In this document: one piece after another, positions 1 to 8,903 of the stretch
Position numbering within the stretch: the stretch's first letter is position 1
Layout: each line of letters opens with the position of its first letter
From: Betaproteobacteria bacterium
GTDB lineage: Bacteria; Pseudomonadota; Gammaproteobacteria; Burkholderiales; UBA3065
DNA: 64,000 nucleotides
NCBI GenBank assembly: GCA_027490755.1
Contig: JAIXXL010000008.1
Span: forward strand, 11,391 to 75,390
Direction of reading: 5' to 3'
The notes under the pieces: generated by a model
What the model saw: only the letters and a program-made list of their open reading frames with translations
The model's database searches: none
What the model was told of the DNA's origin: nothing
Made by a program: the position numbers and the translations under genes

Positions 1-410
1 TCGCGCAGAAGTGGGCCAACAAGCTGGGAGTGGATGAGTTGCCTGCGAACGCTGGCGAGGTGGGGATGCTCGCCGGCTTTGCGTCACCACTTGGCGAAGG
101 CCGAAGCGTCATCCTCGTCTCCGGCACGGGCAGCAAGGCCGTCGGTGATCTGGTCACCACGATGACCGACGATCGCAAATCCCAAAACATCACGGGTAGT
201 GTTGTCAGCTTCCGTGGGGGCCAGTTTGAAAGCATCGCTGCGGAGAAGACCTACGAGATCGGCGAACTGCCACTCATCACACGAATGCATTGGTGGCTGT
301 CGGAGCGCCCGTTCGCGCTGCTTCTGGTCATGGCGCTCGGCGTTCTGGGCTCCGGCCTGCTGATCTACCGTTCTCTCCATGAGCGCGTCCGTCAGCGCCT
401 CTCGAAATAA
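1..410 (+). CDS. bcsB: Cellulose synthase periplasmic subunit BcsB, C-terminal fragment (5' end outside window)
   Basis: Frame is open from the window edge to the stop at 408-410. The tail ...GELPLITRMHWWLSERPFALLLVMALGVLGSGLLIYRSL... looks like the BcsB C-terminal membrane anchor. It is followed by bcsZ and bcsC in the canonical bcsA-B-Z-C order. Confidence 0.6.
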   Translation, partial: AQKWANKLGVDELPANAGEVGMLAGFASPLGEGRSVILVSGTGSKAVGDLVTTMTDDRKSQNITGSVVSFRGGQFESIAAEKTYEIGELPLITRMHWWLSERPFALLLVMALGVLGSGLLIYRSLHERVRQRLSK

Positions 411-1581
411 GGCGCACTTGCCCGGGCTCTTTGCCGTGACCGGGCGGATCGCTATGGTCGTCGGGCTCGTCGGGGTGTTGGCGTGCATGTTCTCGCTCAA
501 AGCCGAGGCAGCCCCTTGCGATTGGCCACTCTGGAAGCATTTTCTGAGCCGCCATGTTCAGGCGGATGGGCGGGTGATCGACTTTGAGCAGGCGTCGCAC
601 CCGTCGACGTCCGAAGGTCAGGCCTATGCAGCTTTTTTCGCTCTGGTCGCCGGCGATCGTGAGGCCTTCTCGCGGGTCTGGGCTTGGACCCGCGACAACC
701 TGATGTCGGGACCAGACGCACGGCACCTGCCCGCATGGCGTTGGGGCCGAAGAGACGAACGGGGCTGGGGCGTCCTCGACACCAACAGCGCGGCCGATGC
801 TGACCTCTGGTTGGCCTATGCGCTGCTAGAGGCCGGCCGGCTCTGGGATCAGCCGCACTACGCGCGGGAGGGCGAGCGCGTGCTGAACGCCGTCGCCCGC
901 CACGAGACAGCGCAGATCGAGGGCCTTGGCTGGATGCTTTTGCCAGCCCCGGTCGGCTTCGATCTGGGGACAGGCGCCTGGCGTCTGAATCCGAGCTACA
1001 TGCCGCTGCCCTTGCTGCGGCACGCTGGATCGGTGAGCGGCGACCCGCGTTGGAGCGAGATCGCCAACAACTCGGTGAGGATACTCAGGGATGCCAGTCC
1101 GCTGGGTTACGCCCCCGACTGGCTGGTGTTCGACCCTCAACAAAATCCTGCCGTGCGCCCCGATATCGAGACAGGCAAGACCGGCTCTTACGATGCGATA
1201 AGGGTCTACCTGTGGGCTGGCGTCACGGCCAGCGGTGATCCTCTCCGTCCGGCAATGCTCGATGCGACGAGGGGGATGCGCGATGCGGCTCTGCGCGGCG
1301 GCGTGCCCGAAAAAGTTGACATCGCGACTGGAGAGCACGCTGGCAGAGCACCGGCAGGCTTCAGGGCGGTGCTGCTACCCTACGCGGCGGCCCACGCCGA
1401 CCCCCGCGGGGGCTTGGCCTGGCCCGGTGAGAAGGACGACGGCGGCTTCCCCCAGACTTACTATGATCTCGTGCTGCAGATGTTCGGGCTCGGCTGGATG
1501 GAGGGGCGCTACCGTTTCGAACAGGGCGGGCGCCTTGTACTGCCCGCGAACGGCTGCCGCTCGGCGAGCCCGGCCCACTGA
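379..1581 (+). CDS. bcsZ: Endo-1,4-beta-glucanase BcsZ (glycoside hydrolase family 8)
   Basis: 400-aa ORF with GH8-type motifs (STSEGQAYAAFFALVAGD, DADLWLAYALLEAGRLW) and a signal-like N-terminus. The start is uncertain: GTG 436 or ATG 454 give a cleaner signal peptide than 379. Confidence 0.8.
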   Translation: MSASVSASRNKAHLPGLFAVTGRIAMVVGLVGVLACMFSLKAEAAPCDWPLWKHFLSRHVQADGRVIDFEQASHPSTSEGQAYAAFFALVAGDREAFSRVWAWTRDNLMSGPDARHLPAWRWGRRDERGWGVLDTNSAADADLWLAYALLEAGRLWDQPHYAREGERVLNAVARHETAQIEGLGWMLLPAPVGFDLGTGAWRLNPSYMPLPLLRHAGSVSGDPRWSEIANNSVRILRDASPLGYAPDWLVFDPQQNPAVRPDIETGKTGSYDAIRVYLWAGVTASGDPLRPAMLDATRGMRDAALRGGVPEKVDIATGEHAGRAPAGFRAVLLPYAAAHADPRGGLAWPGEKDDGGFPQTYYDLVLQMFGLGWMEGRYRFEQGGRLVLPANGCRSASPAH

Positions 1582-1594
1582 ACAGAACATCTGA

Positions 1595-3610
1595 ATGCGC
1601 CGCATCCCTCCGCTGCTCACAATGATGCTGCTGACGCTGATCGTCGCGTCGGCTCGCGCCGCAGAGCCTACCGGCATCGAGACGCGCCGGGCCACGGTCA
1701 GGGTACTGGCAGAGCAGGCCAGATATTGGTCCGCGCGCAATCGCGTCGACATCGCCACAGCCAACTGGAAACGCGTGCTCCAGCTGGACCCCTCGAACGC
1801 CGAGGCTCTGCTCGCTCTGGGGCGTGCCTCGGGCCCGTCGGCGCAGCCGGTCGGTGGCGCCCTCGCTCCCGCGACAGGCTCGACGCCCAAGGTTCTCAAG
1901 AAAAAGGCCGCGGGCGTCACCGTGAGGCCGGTACCGGCGAAACCCCTTGCGAGCAACCCAGCCCCTGCAACCCAGCCTGGTGGTGGCGAGCCCGCCGATC
2001 CGGCCACCCCGCGCGACTCCATCGGCGCATTGCTCGCGCAGGGGTTTGTCGCGCTGGATGCCAAGGACACCGAGGGTGCGATGATGGCGTTCGAGGCCGC
2101 GCTGGAATCCGAGCCCAGCAGCAGCGACGCGCTCGGCGGTCTCGGCATCGTGCGCATGCGGCAGTCGCGCTTCGGCGAGGCGCGTGAGTTGCTTGCGCGG
2201 GCAGACGGTCTCGCAACCGACCAGCGTTGGCAGGCAGCGCTGCGCGACGCCAGCTTCTGGGAGTTGGCCGCGCCGGCCGGCGAGGGCCTCGCCACGGGTG
2301 ACCCGGCGGCCGCAGCCGAGGGTTACGCCAGAGCGCTGCTGATCGATCCTGGCAACGCCTTCGCAACCGCGCAGTTGGCAGAGGCCGAGGCACAGATCGA
2401 GCGGGCCAGGGTCGCCGCCGAAACGCCGACCGATTCCGATTTAGCGGGGCCCGTCTTCGGAGAATCTGGCCCTCAAAAGGCGGCCGCACCATCCGAGCAG
2501 GCCTATGCCCTGGCGCCGGGCTTCCGTCGCCGTGAGGGCGAGAACGGGCTCGGCCGACTTCGCGAGTGGTCCAGCGCACTCACAGTGCCGCTGGGAGGCA
2601 ACGCATCCGGGTGGTCCCTCACGGTATCGCCGGTCAGGCTCGAGGCCGGCAGGCTGGCCACCGATGCCGGCACACGTGACCGTTTCGGTGCCGGCCCCCT
2701 GCTGCGCAACGCCACGCCCTTATCGTCACAGACCGAGGATGGGGTCGGGCTTTCGCTGGCTTGGCGCGACGCCAACTGGTCCGCCGACGTGGGCACCACA
2801 CCGGTTGGGTTCCGGTACGCCGACGTAAGTGCCGGACTCCGCGTGCAGGGCTCCAGTAACGGGATGAGCTACGCGGTCCAATTGTCGCGGCGCCCGGTCA
2901 CCGAGAGCCTGCTCTCATTTGCGGGCACACGCGACCCACGGAATGGCCGCGAATGGGGCGGTGTGATGGCCACCGGGGGGCGCGTTGAGGTGTCGCGCGA
3001 CTTCGGCGGCTGGGGCCTGTACGCCTATGGCGGTGGCAGTCTGGTCGATGGCCACAACGTGGCCGGAAACAGCAGACTCGAGGCGGGTACTGGCGCTTAC
3101 CGGCAGTTGTTGGACGAGGCTGATGCTCGTATCACCACAGGCCTTGGTATCAGTTCTTTCGGCTACGACCGCAATCTGGGCCAGTACACGTTCGGCCATG
3201 GGGGCTACTTCAGCCCTCAGGCCTTCTTGACTGTCGGGGTGCCGATCGACTGGGGGCAACGGGTCGGCGCACTGGCCTGGCGCGTCCAAGCCTTTGGCGG
3301 CGTGCAGCGCTTTCGTGCAGAGGCGACGCCTTTCTTTCCGGATGATCCCGCCATGCAGGCCGCGGCGGCAGGGTTGGGTGATGCGTCCTATGCATCCAGC
3401 CGCAGCACCGGGCCCGGCTACAACCTCAGCCTGGTGGCGGACTACGCGCTAAGCCCCCAGCTGAGCGTCGGCGGCTACTTCTTCACCGACAACGCAACGG
3501 ATTTCAGGCAACAGGGTGGCGGCTTCTACCTCCGGCTGGACCCGGAGGGTCGTGGCGTGCCGGACTTCCGCCAGTTGCAGATATTGCGGATGCCCTACCC
3601 CGTCCGTTAG
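1595..3610 (+). CDS. bcsC: Cellulose synthase operon protein C (TPR region plus outer-membrane domain), short form
   Basis: 671-aa ORF with a signal peptide (MRRIPPLLTMMLLTLIVASARA) and TPR-like repeats (NWKRVLQLDPSNAEALLALG; AMMAFEAALESEPSSSDALGGLG; EGYARALLIDPGNAFA). The C-terminal half is Gly/aromatic-rich. It sits after bcsZ. It is much shorter than the ~1150-aa enterobacterial BcsC. Confidence 0.75.
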   Translation: MRRIPPLLTMMLLTLIVASARAAEPTGIETRRATVRVLAEQARYWSARNRVDIATANWKRVLQLDPSNAEALLALGRASGPSAQPVGGALAPATGSTPKVLKKKAAGVTVRPVPAKPLASNPAPATQPGGGEPADPATPRDSIGALLAQGFVALDAKDTEGAMMAFEAALESEPSSSDALGGLGIVRMRQSRFGEARELLARADGLATDQRWQAALRDASFWELAAPAGEGLATGDPAAAAEGYARALLIDPGNAFATAQLAEAEAQIERARVAAETPTDSDLAGPVFGESGPQKAAAPSEQAYALAPGFRRREGENGLGRLREWSSALTVPLGGNASGWSLTVSPVRLEAGRLATDAGTRDRFGAGPLLRNATPLSSQTEDGVGLSLAWRDANWSADVGTTPVGFRYADVSAGLRVQGSSNGMSYAVQLSRRPVTESLLSFAGTRDPRNGREWGGVMATGGRVEVSRDFGGWGLYAYGGGSLVDGHNVAGNSRLEAGTGAYRQLLDEADARITTGLGISSFGYDRNLGQYTFGHGGYFSPQAFLTVGVPIDWGQRVGALAWRVQAFGGVQRFRAEATPFFPDDPAMQAAAAGLGDASYASSRSTGPGYNLSLVADYALSPQLSVGGYFFTDNATDFRQQGGGFYLRLDPEGRGVPDFRQLQILRMPYPVR

Positions 3611-3915
3611 CACGGCGCTCCAAAAAAACCCGCGGATCGCTCCGCGGGGAGGAGAGATGCTGGCCCGTAACGGGCGCCAGCACTGCCGGCGCTTTGCTGG
3701 ATGCTCAAGTGCACGCCGGCCGCGACAGTTCCGGCAGCGACATGCCACGCATCCAGCGCCGCACCCCCCTCCGCGCTAACCGGGCGCTGCCAGTTGTCGA
3801 TGTGGTTGAAGCGCGCGGTGACGATGCTGACCGACGGCAGCTCGCCCTCGTTGACGATGCGCAGGCGGTCGCGCAGGAAGCGGACGAAGCGTTCGTTGAT
3901 CTCTGGTTCCGGCAT
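3607..3915 (-). CDS. Hypothetical small protein (possibly a gene remnant)
   Basis: ATG 3915 is preceded by GGAG at about -12. The first ~50 codons (MPEPEINERFVRFLRDRLRIVNEGELPSVSIVTARFNHIDNWQRP) have coding-like high GC3, and the rest looks non-coding. The ORF reads through the terminator hairpin at 3622-3648. I recognise no family. Confidence 0.3.
   Translation of the reverse strand: MPEPEINERFVRFLRDRLRIVNEGELPSVSIVTARFNHIDNWQRPVSAEGGAALDAWHVAAGTVAAGVHLSIQQSAGSAGARYGPASLLPAERSAGFFGAPC
3622..3648 (-). terminator. Rho-independent terminator oriented for the minus strand
   Basis: Stem cccgcgga/tccgcggg with loop tcgc, preceded on the + strand by a 7-A run. This gives a U-run on the minus-strand transcript. 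No U-run follows it on the + strand. Confidence 0.65.
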
Positions 3916-4087
3916 TCACGAACTCCGGCAAGCGCCGGCGCGGTTGGGACGGACGGAGTCTAACAGTCCGTTTTCGCAAATGTCATCGCGTTAGGTCGAG
4001 TGGCGGCCCGGGCAAGCCCCGCCGCATCACCGAATCTGTTATGGTCCAACAGCAGGTCTGGGGGCCAGCGCGCGACGCCGAAGCCCC

Positions 4088-4123
4088 GAAAAAGAAAAAG
4101 GTCCCGCCGCGCGAGACCTTTTC
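4088..4123 (-). terminator. Rho-independent terminator downstream of tRNA-Leu (bidirectional shape)
   Basis: Stem aaaaggtc/gacctttt around a GC-rich loop. A-rich tract on the + strand upstream (U-run for the minus transcript) and a T-run downstream. Confidence 0.7.
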
Positions 4124-4133
4124 TTCAGAACCG

Positions 4134-4220
4134 TGGTGCCCAGGAGAGGACTCGAACCTCCACAGTGTTGCCACCGCTAGGACCTGAACCTAGTGCGTCT
4201 ACCAATTCCGCCACCTGGGC
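4134..4220 (-). tRNA. tRNA-Leu (anticodon CAG), encoded CCA end
   Basis: The reverse complement reads GCCCAGGTGGCGGAATTGGTAGACGCACTAGGTTCAGGTCCTAGCGGTGGCAACACTGTGGAGGTTCGAGTCCTCTCCTGGGCACCA. Acceptor stem is GCCCAGG/CCTGGGC. Anticodon stem is CTAGG/CCTAG with loop TTCAGGT. It has a long variable arm and a TTCGAGT T-loop. Confidence 0.95.
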
Positions 4221-4264
4221 AGCTCAGGAGGGCGCAGACTATACAAAACCCCACTGGAAATCAA

Positions 4265-6613
4265 TTGACCACCCCTAAAAAGAAAAGCGCCCCGCGCGCT
4301 GGCAAGCCCACCCGCAGCAAACCGGCGCACGCCGGAGACCCCCGCCAGAACGACCCCTTCCTGGCACGCGAGAAGCAGCGCTACGACAACCCCCTGCCCT
4401 CCCGCGAATACGTACTGCAGACCCTGCGCGAGCAGGGCGTGCCGCTGGGCGAGGTGCAACTGGCCAAGCTGGTCGGCGTGACCCCCGACGAGTTCGAGGT
4501 GTTCAGCCGCCGCCTGGCTGCCATGGAGCGCGACGGGCAGATCCTGCGCAACCGCCGCGGCGCCATCGGCCTGCTCGACAAGCTGGACCTGGTGCCGGGC
4601 CGCGTCGACGGCCACCCGGATGGGTTCGGCTTCTGCATCCCCGACGACGGCTCGGCCGACATCTGGCTCTCGCCGCGCGAGATGCACCAGGTGCTGCACG
4701 GCGACCGCGTGGTGGTCCGCATCAAGGGCCTGGACAACCGTGGCCGGCCCGAGGGCACCATCGTCGAGGTGCTGCAGCGCAAGAACCGCACGCTGGTGGG
4801 CCGCATCTATTGCGAGAACGGCATCTGGTTCATCGCCGCCGAGAACCGCCGCATCTCTCAGGACATCCTGATCGCCCCGGGCCAGCACGCCGGCGCGCAG
4901 CCCGGCCAGGTGGTCACGGTCGAGCTGCTGACCCAGCCCTCGCGCACCGCCGAGCCCACCGCACGGGTGGTGGAGGTGCTGGGCAACTACGGCGACTCCG
5001 GCATGGAGATCGAGATCGCGCTGCGCAAGCACGACCTGCCCTACGAGTTCCCCGCCGAGGCCGCCAAGCAGGCCGACCGTCTGCCGCTGGGTGTGCAGAA
5101 GGCTGATCTCAAGGGCCGCGAAGACATCCGCCACCTGCCGCTGGTCACTATTGATGGCGAGACCGCCAAGGACTTTGACGACGCCGTCTGGTGCGAGCCG
5201 CAGGGCAAGGGCTGGCGCCTGATCGTCGCCATCGCCGACGTGAGCCACTACGTGCAGCCCGGCGATGCACTGGACCACGAGGCGCTGAACCGGGGCAACT
5301 CGGTGTACTTCCCGCGCCGCGTCATCCCGATGCTGCCGGAGGTGCTGTCCAACGGGCTGTGCTCGCTGAACCCGCAGGTGGACCGCCTGTGCATGGTCTG
5401 CGACATGGACATCGACGCCAAGGGCAAGGTGGGCGACTACCGCTTCTACCCGGGCGTGATGCACAGCCAGGCGCGGCTGACCTACAACCGCGTCTGGGAT
5501 GCGCTTTCCGGCGGCGCGCTGGACGACGACACGCGCCGTCTGATGCCCGAGCTGCAGAACCTGTACGCGGTGTTCAAGGCGCTGCTGGGCGCGCGCGGCA
5601 AGCGCGGCGCCATCGACTTCGAGACCACCGAGACGCAGATCCTGTTCACCCGCGAGGGCCGCATCGAGCGCGTGGTGCCGGTGGTGCGCAACGAGGCTCA
5701 CAAGCTGATCGAGGAGTGCATGCTGGCGGCCAACGTGTGCGCCGCAGACATCCTGATCCGCGCCGAGCACCCTGCCCTGTACCGCATCCACGACGGCCCC
5801 TCACCCGATCGTATGGAGAACCTGCGCAACTTCATGTCGGAGTTCGGGCTGGGCCTGGGCGGCGGCGACAAGCCCTCGGCGTCCGACTACGGCAAGTTGC
5901 TGGCACAGGTGCGCGAGCGTCCCGACGGCGGGCTGCTGCAGACGGTCATGCTGAGATCGCTGAGCCAGGCCGTGTACAGCCCCGACAACATCGGCCACTT
6001 TGGGCTGGCCTACGAGGCCTACGCGCACTTCACCAGCCCGATCCGCCGTTACCCTGACCTGCTGGTGCACCGCGCCATCAAGGCGGTGGTGAAGAAGAAG
6101 ACATACGAGGCCGGCGACTGGAACGCGCTGGGCGGCCAGTGCTCGATGACCGAGCGCCGCGCCGACGAGGCCAGCCGCGACGTGCTGAACTGGCTCAAGT
6201 GCACCTTCATGTCCGAGCGTGTGGGCGAGGTGTTCCCCGGCACGGTGAGCGCGGTGACCGGCTTTGGCATCTTTGTGATGCTGGACGAGGTGTTCATCGA
6301 GGGCCTGGTGCATATCTCCGAACTGGGCACCGACTACTTCCACTTCGAGGCCGACAAGCACCGCCTGCTGGGCGAGCGCACCGGGCGGCAGTTCCGGCTG
6401 GGCGACCGCCTGACGGTGCAGGTGGTGCGCGCCGACATCGAGACCACGCGCATCGACTTCGCGCTGATCGAGGGTGGCGAGGTGGTGGGCGATGCCGATG
6501 CTGCACAGGCGCGCAAGCCGCGCGCTGGCAAGCCTGCCGGCCGCGGCGCTGCAGGTGGCGCCGGCAAGAGTGGCGGCGGCAAGCCGGCACGGGGAGGCTC
6601 GCGTGGCCGCTGA
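4265..6613 (+). CDS. rnr: Ribonuclease R (3'-5' exoribonuclease, RNB family, S1 domain, basic tail)
   Basis: Strong RNase R signatures: DPFLAREKQRYDNPLPSREYVL, PLVTIDGETAKDFDDAVWCE, NRGNSVYFPRRVIPMLPEVLSNGLCSLNP, HFGLAYEAYAHFTSPIRRYPDLLVHR, and an S1 domain GFGIFVMLDEVFIEGLVHISEL. The listed start at 4193 is a GTG inside the tRNA gene. The only other in-frame canonical start before the conserved region is TTG 4265. Confidence 0.9.
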   Translation: MTTPKKKSAPRAGKPTRSKPAHAGDPRQNDPFLAREKQRYDNPLPSREYVLQTLREQGVPLGEVQLAKLVGVTPDEFEVFSRRLAAMERDGQILRNRRGAIGLLDKLDLVPGRVDGHPDGFGFCIPDDGSADIWLSPREMHQVLHGDRVVVRIKGLDNRGRPEGTIVEVLQRKNRTLVGRIYCENGIWFIAAENRRISQDILIAPGQHAGAQPGQVVTVELLTQPSRTAEPTARVVEVLGNYGDSGMEIEIALRKHDLPYEFPAEAAKQADRLPLGVQKADLKGREDIRHLPLVTIDGETAKDFDDAVWCEPQGKGWRLIVAIADVSHYVQPGDALDHEALNRGNSVYFPRRVIPMLPEVLSNGLCSLNPQVDRLCMVCDMDIDAKGKVGDYRFYPGVMHSQARLTYNRVWDALSGGALDDDTRRLMPELQNLYAVFKALLGARGKRGAIDFETTETQILFTREGRIERVVPVVRNEAHKLIEECMLAANVCAADILIRAEHPALYRIHDGPSPDRMENLRNFMSEFGLGLGGGDKPSASDYGKLLAQVRERPDGGLLQTVMLRSLSQAVYSPDNIGHFGLAYEAYAHFTSPIRRYPDLLVHRAIKAVVKKKTYEAGDWNALGGQCSMTERRADEASRDVLNWLKCTFMSERVGEVFPGTVSAVTGFGIFVMLDEVFIEGLVHISELGTDYFHFEADKHRLLGERTGRQFRLGDRLTVQVVRADIETTRIDFALIEGGEVVGDADAAQARKPRAGKPAGRGAAGGAGKSGGGKPARGGSRGR

Positions 6614-7352
6614 TTCGCTGCTGTGGGGCTTTCACGCCATCACCTCGCGCCTGCGCCAGAACCCGGCCTCGGTGCAGGAGCTGTGGTACGCCGACAACCG
6701 CCGTGACGGCCGCCTTAAGGGTCTGCTGGCGCTGGCTGGGCAGCAGACCAGTGGCGGCCACAAGGTAAAGCTGTGCCCGGCCACACCAGACCGCCTGGAT
6801 GGCCTGACCCGCGGCGCGCGGCATCAGGGTGTGGTGGCGCGGGTGGTGCCGGTGCAACTGGCCAACGACATCGACGCGGTGATGGACGCCGCCGGCGACC
6901 AGCTGCTGCTGCTGGTGCTGGACGGTTGCCAGGACCCGCACAATCTGGGCGCCTGCCTGCGCGTGGCCGATGCCTTCGGCGTGCACGCGGTGGTGGCACC
7001 CAAAGACCGAGCGGTGGGTCTGACGCCAGCGGTGAGCCGCGTAGCCTGTGGCGCGGCCGAGACGGTGCCGTACATCAGCGTGACCAACTTGGCGCGATTC
7101 CTCGAGCAGCTGGCCGAGTGCGACGTGCTGACCGTGGGCGCCGACATGGAGGGCTCGAAGCCGCTCTACGAGGTGGACCTGCGGCTGCCGATGGCCTGGG
7201 TGCTGGGCGCCGAGGGCAGCGGCCTGCGGCGGCTGACGCGCGAACACTGCGACGTGTTGGCGCACATCCCGATGAGCGGCTCGGTGGAGAGCCTGAACCT
7301 GTCCGTGTCGACCGGCATCTGCCTGGCCGAGACGCGGCGGCGGCTACCTTAG
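6603..7352 (+). CDS. rlmB: 23S rRNA (guanosine-2'-O)-methyltransferase RlmB (SpoU/TrmH family)
   Basis: SpoU-type motifs (LLVLDGCQDPHNLGACLRVADAFGV, WVLGAEGSGLRRLTREHCD, IPMSGSVESLNLSVSTGICL) and the conserved rnr-rlmB pairing. A GTG at 6603 gives ~249 aa and overlaps the rnr stop. The listed ATG at 6474 lies inside rnr. Confidence 0.85.
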   Translation: MAADSLLWGFHAITSRLRQNPASVQELWYADNRRDGRLKGLLALAGQQTSGGHKVKLCPATPDRLDGLTRGARHQGVVARVVPVQLANDIDAVMDAAGDQLLLLVLDGCQDPHNLGACLRVADAFGVHAVVAPKDRAVGLTPAVSRVACGAAETVPYISVTNLARFLEQLAECDVLTVGADMEGSKPLYEVDLRLPMAWVLGAEGSGLRRLTREHCDVLAHIPMSGSVESLNLSVSTGICLAETRRRLP

Positions 7353-7542
7353 GCCTGTAGAGGTGCGGCCGCGGGTGCGAGAACAAGAGCCACGCAAATA
7401 GGCGTGTAAGTTTTTTACTCGCCGTGATATAGTGCTCCCCAGCAAGCGGGAAGCTTGCCCCCAGCGTACGCACCGAAGCTCAGACGAGACCTTTCGCTGA
7501 ACCGGACGCCGCGCCGAAGAAACCGATCAGGAGCTTTAAACC

Positions 7543-8721
7543 ATGTCCGACAACCTTCGCTTCACCATCTCCACCGCTGGCGAGATCACGCAGGTGACCA
7601 AGCTGAAAAGCAACGGCAGGACCGAGATCGACCGCATCGAAGCCAACGAGACCTATACCTACGCACTGGTCGCAGACGTTGGCGAGGTCACCTACCGCGA
7701 GACCAATGCCGGATTTGTCGAGCAAAAGATCTACCGCGACAGTGGCGACGGCGTCTACGTCCGGGTGTCGGAGGTCTACTTTGCGCCTGACGGAACCCCC
7801 CTCGCCGCCGGCTTTGACGACAACGGTAACGATGAAGACGAGGATGAGGACGACGATGGCTACGACGACGACCTGGACGGTGACGGCAACGACGATGACG
7901 AATTCGAGGGCGACGACGATGACGATGTCGCTTTCGGATCAGCCGGCGACGATTCCCTGTCTGGCGGTGATGGCGATGACTACCTGCATGGCGGCATAGG
8001 CGACGACTCTCTGGTCGGCGACGACGGCGACGACCTGCTGGAAGGCAGCGACGGTGACGACAGCGTGATGGGTGGCGGCGGCGATGACGCCATCATCGGC
8101 GGCAGTGGACTGGGCGACGACGTGTACAACGGCGGCGATGGCGACGACAGCGTCATCTACTCCAGCGCAGTACGCAGTGTGAAGGTGGAACTGGACAAGG
8201 GCCGCGCGTCCGGCAAGGACATCGGCAAGGACACCCTGAGCGCCATCGAGAACATCGTCGGCGGCGCAGGCGACGATTCGCTCACCGGCAACGCGCAAGC
8301 CAACTCGATCGAGGGCGGCGCCGGCAAGGACGCGATCAAGGCCGGTGATGGCGACGATACTCTGGTCGGCGGTCTTGGCAGGGACGCCCTGACCGGCGGC
8401 AACGGCGCGGATGTCTTCGTCTTCACCAGCACCGCCGATTCGGCAACCAAGTCCTCGCGCGACAAGATCACTGACTTCCGCACCGGCGACAAGATCGACC
8501 TGTCGGGCATCGATGCCGACACCGGCACGTCGGGCCGGCAGGCCTTCGACGGTCTGTTTACCAGCCTGTCCAGCGGCGATGCGGGCCGCCTGGTGTTCAG
8601 CAAGGGCGTGCTGCTGGGCGACGTGAACGGCGACGGCGTGGCCGACTTCCAGGTCGAACTGGCAGGTGTCCGCTCGCTGGCGCTGAGCGACCTCATCCTG
8701 ACGAGCGAGGTCCCCGTCTAA
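7543..8721 (+). CDS. RTX-type calcium-binding repeat protein with a type I secretion C-terminal target domain
   Basis: AGGAG sits 9 nt before the ATG. The protein has a ~90-aa N-terminal domain of unknown family and an extreme D/E tract (residues ~91-128). About 13 GGxGxD nonapeptide repeats follow (GGDGDDYLHGGIGDDSLVGDDGDDLLEGSDGDDSVMGGGGDDAII...). The C-terminus (DKITDFRTGDKIDLSGIDAD...GDVNGDGVADFQVELAG...DLIL) is typical of T1SS substrates. There is no signal peptide. Confidence 0.85.
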   Translation: MSDNLRFTISTAGEITQVTKLKSNGRTEIDRIEANETYTYALVADVGEVTYRETNAGFVEQKIYRDSGDGVYVRVSEVYFAPDGTPLAAGFDDNGNDEDEDEDDDGYDDDLDGDGNDDDEFEGDDDDDVAFGSAGDDSLSGGDGDDYLHGGIGDDSLVGDDGDDLLEGSDGDDSVMGGGGDDAIIGGSGLGDDVYNGGDGDDSVIYSSAVRSVKVELDKGRASGKDIGKDTLSAIENIVGGAGDDSLTGNAQANSIEGGAGKDAIKAGDGDDTLVGGLGRDALTGGNGADVFVFTSTADSATKSSRDKITDFRTGDKIDLSGIDADTGTSGRQAFDGLFTSLSSGDAGRLVFSKGVLLGDVNGDGVADFQVELAGVRSLALSDLILTSEVPV

Positions 8722-8748
8722 GGCAATCGCGGCAGCGACTGTCTCGAC

Positions 8749-8787
8749 AACGGCCCGGCGCATCTTGCGCTGGGCCGTTCTTTTTTG
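8749..8787 (+). terminator. Rho-independent terminator after the RTX gene
   Basis: Stem aacggccc/gggccgtt (8 bp) followed by cttttttgc. Confidence 0.7.
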
Positions 8788-8903
8788 CATAATAGCGGGT
8801 TGGACGCCGTAGTCTGTCCATAACCGCGGGGCGGGCGTTGAAAGCCCGTCCACCTTGCCTGACCGTTTCGCACCGGCAGGCTTCATATCCACAAGGAGAT
8901 GCG

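Noticed and set aside
3611-4133. Genomic island or prophage integration at tRNA-Leu
   Set aside because: There is no integrase, excisionase or transposase ORF. I saw no direct repeat of the tRNA 3' end, and the flanking genes (bcs operon, rnr) are ordinary chromosomal genes. Only a small possible remnant ORF is present.
4199-5791. 530-aa minus-strand ORF
   Set aside because: It is antisense to RNase R, with low-complexity composition (A/G/R/V/L/Q runs) and no recognisable domain. Shadow ORF.
7813-7926. GAC/GAT/GAA-rich microsatellite-like DNA
   Set aside because: It lies in frame within the RTX gene and encodes the poly-acidic tract. It is imperfect at the nucleotide level, so it is treated as coding low complexity rather than a DNA repeat element.
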